Assembly: GCA_028277405.1 (NCBI GenBank)
Contig: JANQGH010000078.1
Coordinates: 31,557 to 95,556, forward strand
Length of the DNA: 64,000 bases
Source: Alphaproteobacteria bacterium
Lineage (GTDB): Bacteria > Pseudomonadota > Alphaproteobacteria > DSM-16000 > Inquilinaceae
Direction: 5' to 3'
Of the stretch, positions 61,697-64,000 are shown piece after piece; the first letter of the stretch is position 1, and each line of letters starts with the position of its first letter. Position numbers and translations under genes: made by a program. A model generated the notes under the pieces. It did no database searches. It had not been told where the DNA came from and was given only the letters and a program-made list of their open reading frames with translations.

Positions 61697-61729
61697 GCAA
61701 TCTTAGTTCGGTTATTGAACTAAGATTGC
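61697..61729. promoter_or_regulatory. Perfect 13-bp inverted repeat with 7-nt spacer (candidate ROK-regulator operator)
   Basis: GCAATCTTAGTTC-ggttatt-GAACTAAGATTGC is AT-rich and lies in the divergent region between the ROK operon and the family-5 SBP gene. Confidence 0.55.
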
Positions 61730-61972
61730 TGACTTAAGGTGAGATTTGGTAGCAAGAAATGCGCTGTGGGGCTAATTCGACCTGCCTCTGGCTCGAACGC
61801 CCTGTCAGCGGGCGACCAGAACTCCGGATGGATCAACAGGGACAATGGGATCCATCCTCAGACGGGGCTTATCGACGCTCGCTTCGCGAGTTCACGGGCG
61901 GCCCTTCAACCCGCGGATCCGTCCGGTCAAATCGGCGCGGGTCCACGCCACAACACGCTTCTGGGGGATAGC

Positions 61973-63514
61973 ATGACGAACCGTCCAATTTTTTCGAAAT
62001 CGATCCGTACCGCGCTCATGGCCTCTTCGGTCGCCCTGCTGGCGCTGGGGGCCCAGGCTGAAACCCTGACGGTGATGCAAAGCGAGGCGCCGCGGTCCAT
62101 GGATCCGGCGGACCAGACGGCCACGTTCACGCAAGTGGTGCTCGCGCCCATGTATGAAGGCCTTGTCGGCCGGAACAGCGATCTGGCGATCGTGCCCCTG
62201 CTCGCGACCGAATGGGCGCCGGACGACACCGGCCTGGTCTGGACGTTTCAATTGCGCGACGGCGTGACGTTTCACGATGGAACGCCGCTGGATGCCGCGG
62301 CCGTCGTGGCCAGTTTCGAGCGTCTTCTTGATCCCGCGCGCGGTCTGGCGGCCGCCGGCCGGGTTGCGGCAGTGCTCGAAAGTGTCGAGGCCGTCGACGA
62401 CATGACGGTGTCATTCACACTGATCCAGCCCTATGCCGGCTTCATCGATCTGTTGGCGACCGCTGTTGGCTATATCGTCAGCCCGACGGCGGATGCCGCG
62501 GGCACCCTCGGCACCAATGCCGTCGGCACCGGTCCGTTCAGCTTTGTCGAATGGCAGTCGGGCGAGCACGTGACCCAGACAGCCAATCCGGACTATTGGG
62601 GCGAGATGCCGACGCTCGAAGGCCTGGAATTCACGTGGACATCGGAGCCGTCCGTCCTGTCCATGGCCGCCCAGACGGGCGAAGCCGACGTCGTGAATCC
62701 GCTGCCGCCGATTTTCGCCCAAACCGTCGAGGCGGACCCCAACCTGACGCTGATCGACCAACCCGGTTCGGCGATGTTTTGGGTGTCGCTCAACGTTCTC
62801 GACGAACCGCTCGATCATGTCGCGGCCCGGCAGGCGCTGAATTTCGCCACGGACCGCGATGCACTGGTCTCGGCATTGCGGCGAGGGTACGCCGTGGCCG
62901 CCAATTCTCCATTGGCGCCGACCAACCCCGCCTGGGACGCAAGCCTCGACCCCTACCCCTACGATCTGGACAGGGCCCGCGCGCTTCTCGCCGAGGCCGG
63001 CGTCCCCGACGGGTTTTCGATGAGCGTGGCCGTGCAGGAACCCGAGGCCCCGATCGCCGAGGCCTTGCAGGGCATGTGGTCGGACATCGGCGTCGATCTG
63101 GAAGTGCGTCGGCTGGAAAGCGGTGTCTGGGTCGAAGCCGCCTTCAACGATCCCGAAGCCAAGGCGGAAGACGGTCTGAGCGCCGTCATCGCATCCTGGA
63201 GCTCAGGGTCGTTCAACAGCGACCTGCAGTTCCGCCCCCTCTATTCGACGGGCGCCTGGGCTCCCGGCGGCGCCAATCTCGGCTTCTTCACGTCCGAAGC
63301 GCTCGACGCGATTATCGACGAGGCGGCCGCGGAACTCGATGAGGACGCGCGCAATGCGCTCTATGTCGAGGCGCAGAGGATCGTGAACCAAGAGGCGCCG
63401 CACGTGTTGCTGTATTCGAACCGCGACCTGGCGGCCACGTCGGCCAATGTGGAAGGTATCACGATGCTTCCCGGCGGCCTCATCCTCGTCGCCAACGCCA
63501 CCAAGTCGAACTAG
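61973..63514 (+). CDS. ABC substrate-binding protein, family 5 (peptide type)
   Basis: The ATG at 61973 follows a GGGGGA SD and gives the signal peptide MTNRPIFSKSIRTALMASSVALLALGAQA. The motif ...LATEWAPDDTGLVWTFQLRDGVTFHDG... is present. The tracked start at 61739 adds a non-signal-like extension. Confidence 0.9.
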   Translation: MTNRPIFSKSIRTALMASSVALLALGAQAETLTVMQSEAPRSMDPADQTATFTQVVLAPMYEGLVGRNSDLAIVPLLATEWAPDDTGLVWTFQLRDGVTFHDGTPLDAAAVVASFERLLDPARGLAAAGRVAAVLESVEAVDDMTVSFTLIQPYAGFIDLLATAVGYIVSPTADAAGTLGTNAVGTGPFSFVEWQSGEHVTQTANPDYWGEMPTLEGLEFTWTSEPSVLSMAAQTGEADVVNPLPPIFAQTVEADPNLTLIDQPGSAMFWVSLNVLDEPLDHVAARQALNFATDRDALVSALRRGYAVAANSPLAPTNPAWDASLDPYPYDLDRARALLAEAGVPDGFSMSVAVQEPEAPIAEALQGMWSDIGVDLEVRRLESGVWVEAAFNDPEAKAEDGLSAVIASWSSGSFNSDLQFRPLYSTGAWAPGGANLGFFTSEALDAIIDEAAAELDEDARNALYVEAQRIVNQEAPHVLLYSNRDLAATSANVEGITMLPGGLILVANATKSN

Positions 63515-63521
63515 CGCCAGG

Positions 63522-63554
63522 GACCCGGCGGCCGGATCGGCTGGGCGCCGGGTC
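63522..63554 (+). terminator. GC stem-loop after the SBP gene
   Basis: GACCCGGCG-(15 nt)-CGCCGGGTC is a perfect 9-bp stem, 8 nt after the stop and before the permease gene. Confidence 0.45.
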
Positions 63555-63580
63555 TCGTTACGTTCGGGCGGAATGCGGTG

Positions 63581-64000
63581 ATGCAGGCATATTTTGTAAA
63601 AAAGCTTCTCATGCTGCCGCTGATCCTGCTCGGCGTCTCGTTCATCGTCTTCGTGTCGATCCGGGCCTTGCCGGGCGATCCCGCCCGGCTCATGGCCGGC
63701 CCCGAGGCGACACAGCAGGCCGTGGACGACATGCGCGTCCGGCTCGGCCTGGAGCAACCCCTGCCGATCCAATATGCCGGCTTCCTGATGGATGCCGTCC
63801 GTGGCGATTTCGGCACCTCGATCCGTTCGCAAAAGCCGGTATCGGAGGAACTGGCCAGCCGCTTCGGCGCAACGATGAGCCTTGCGGCGGTCGCCTATTT
63901 CTTCGCCACGCTGATCGGCGTGCCGGCGGGCATGGCGGCGGCCGTCTGGAAGGGACGCGCGCCGGATCAGATCGTCATGATCGTCGCGATCCTTGGCGCG
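63581..64000 (+). CDS. ABC permease (DppB/OppB-like), 5' part; runs off the right edge
   Basis: My translation from the ATG at 63581 gives MQAYFVKKLLMLPLILLGVSFIVFVSIRALPGDPARLMAGPEATQQAVDDMRVRLGLEQPLPIQYAGFLMDAVRGDFGTSIRSQKPV..., the conserved DppB N-terminus. It is absent from the ORF track because it has no stop in the window. Confidence 0.85.
   Translation, partial: MQAYFVKKLLMLPLILLGVSFIVFVSIRALPGDPARLMAGPEATQQAVDDMRVRLGLEQPLPIQYAGFLMDAVRGDFGTSIRSQKPVSEELASRFGATMSLAAVAYFFATLIGVPAGMAAAVWKGRAPDQIVMIVAILGA

Overview
High-GC sequence (mid-60s % by eye, not computed) with gene content typical of an alphaproteobacterium of the Rhizobiales or Rhodobacterales type; the taxon cannot be fixed from the sequence alone. 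Most of the roughly 50 protein genes are solute-uptake and catabolic loci, each with its own regulator. There are two TRAP systems (1066-3893, 43149-46086) and five ABC systems. The ABC systems are a sugar type with a GH116 glycosidase, a peptide/opine type wrapped around a sugar-acid pathway, MetNIQ, a sugar type with a cytoplasmic sulfatase, and a peptide type with an M81/MlrC-like peptidase. Regulators are LysR x2, AraC, IclR, MarR, GntR and ROK. The standout feature is one uninterrupted 12,108-nt ORF (26373-38480, minus strand) encoding a 4035-aa mosaic surface protein. Reading N to C it has an unassigned N-terminal domain, a CBM6/35-like lectin domain, two cadherin repeats, VCBS-like and dystroglycan-type cadherin-like domains, an Ala-rich stalk and an RTX block. 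An internal copy of the protein's own C-terminal module follows. After that come four tandem seven-bladed FG-GAP (integrin-alpha-like) propellers, 28 blades in all, separated by three conserved RTX/beta linker modules, and then a terminal RTX block and C-terminal module. The propeller-plus-linker unit repeats with a ~2.0-kb DNA period. The 3' flank of this gene (24560-26372) is a lower-GC, IS-scarred patch. It holds an IS6-family transposase pseudogene, an IS66 fragment, a truncated TIGR03032-like ORF that appears coupled to the giant gene, and an orphan 253-aa ORF. No type I secretion genes, rRNA, tRNA, CRISPR array or recognisable phage or defence genes were seen. Several candidate operators are visible: a TATCATT motif in four copies in the IclR locus, and a perfect 13-bp inverted repeat in the ROK locus. 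GC-rich stem-loops recur immediately after five of the seven substrate-binding-protein genes. All family assignments come from reading motifs in the translations, not from database searches.
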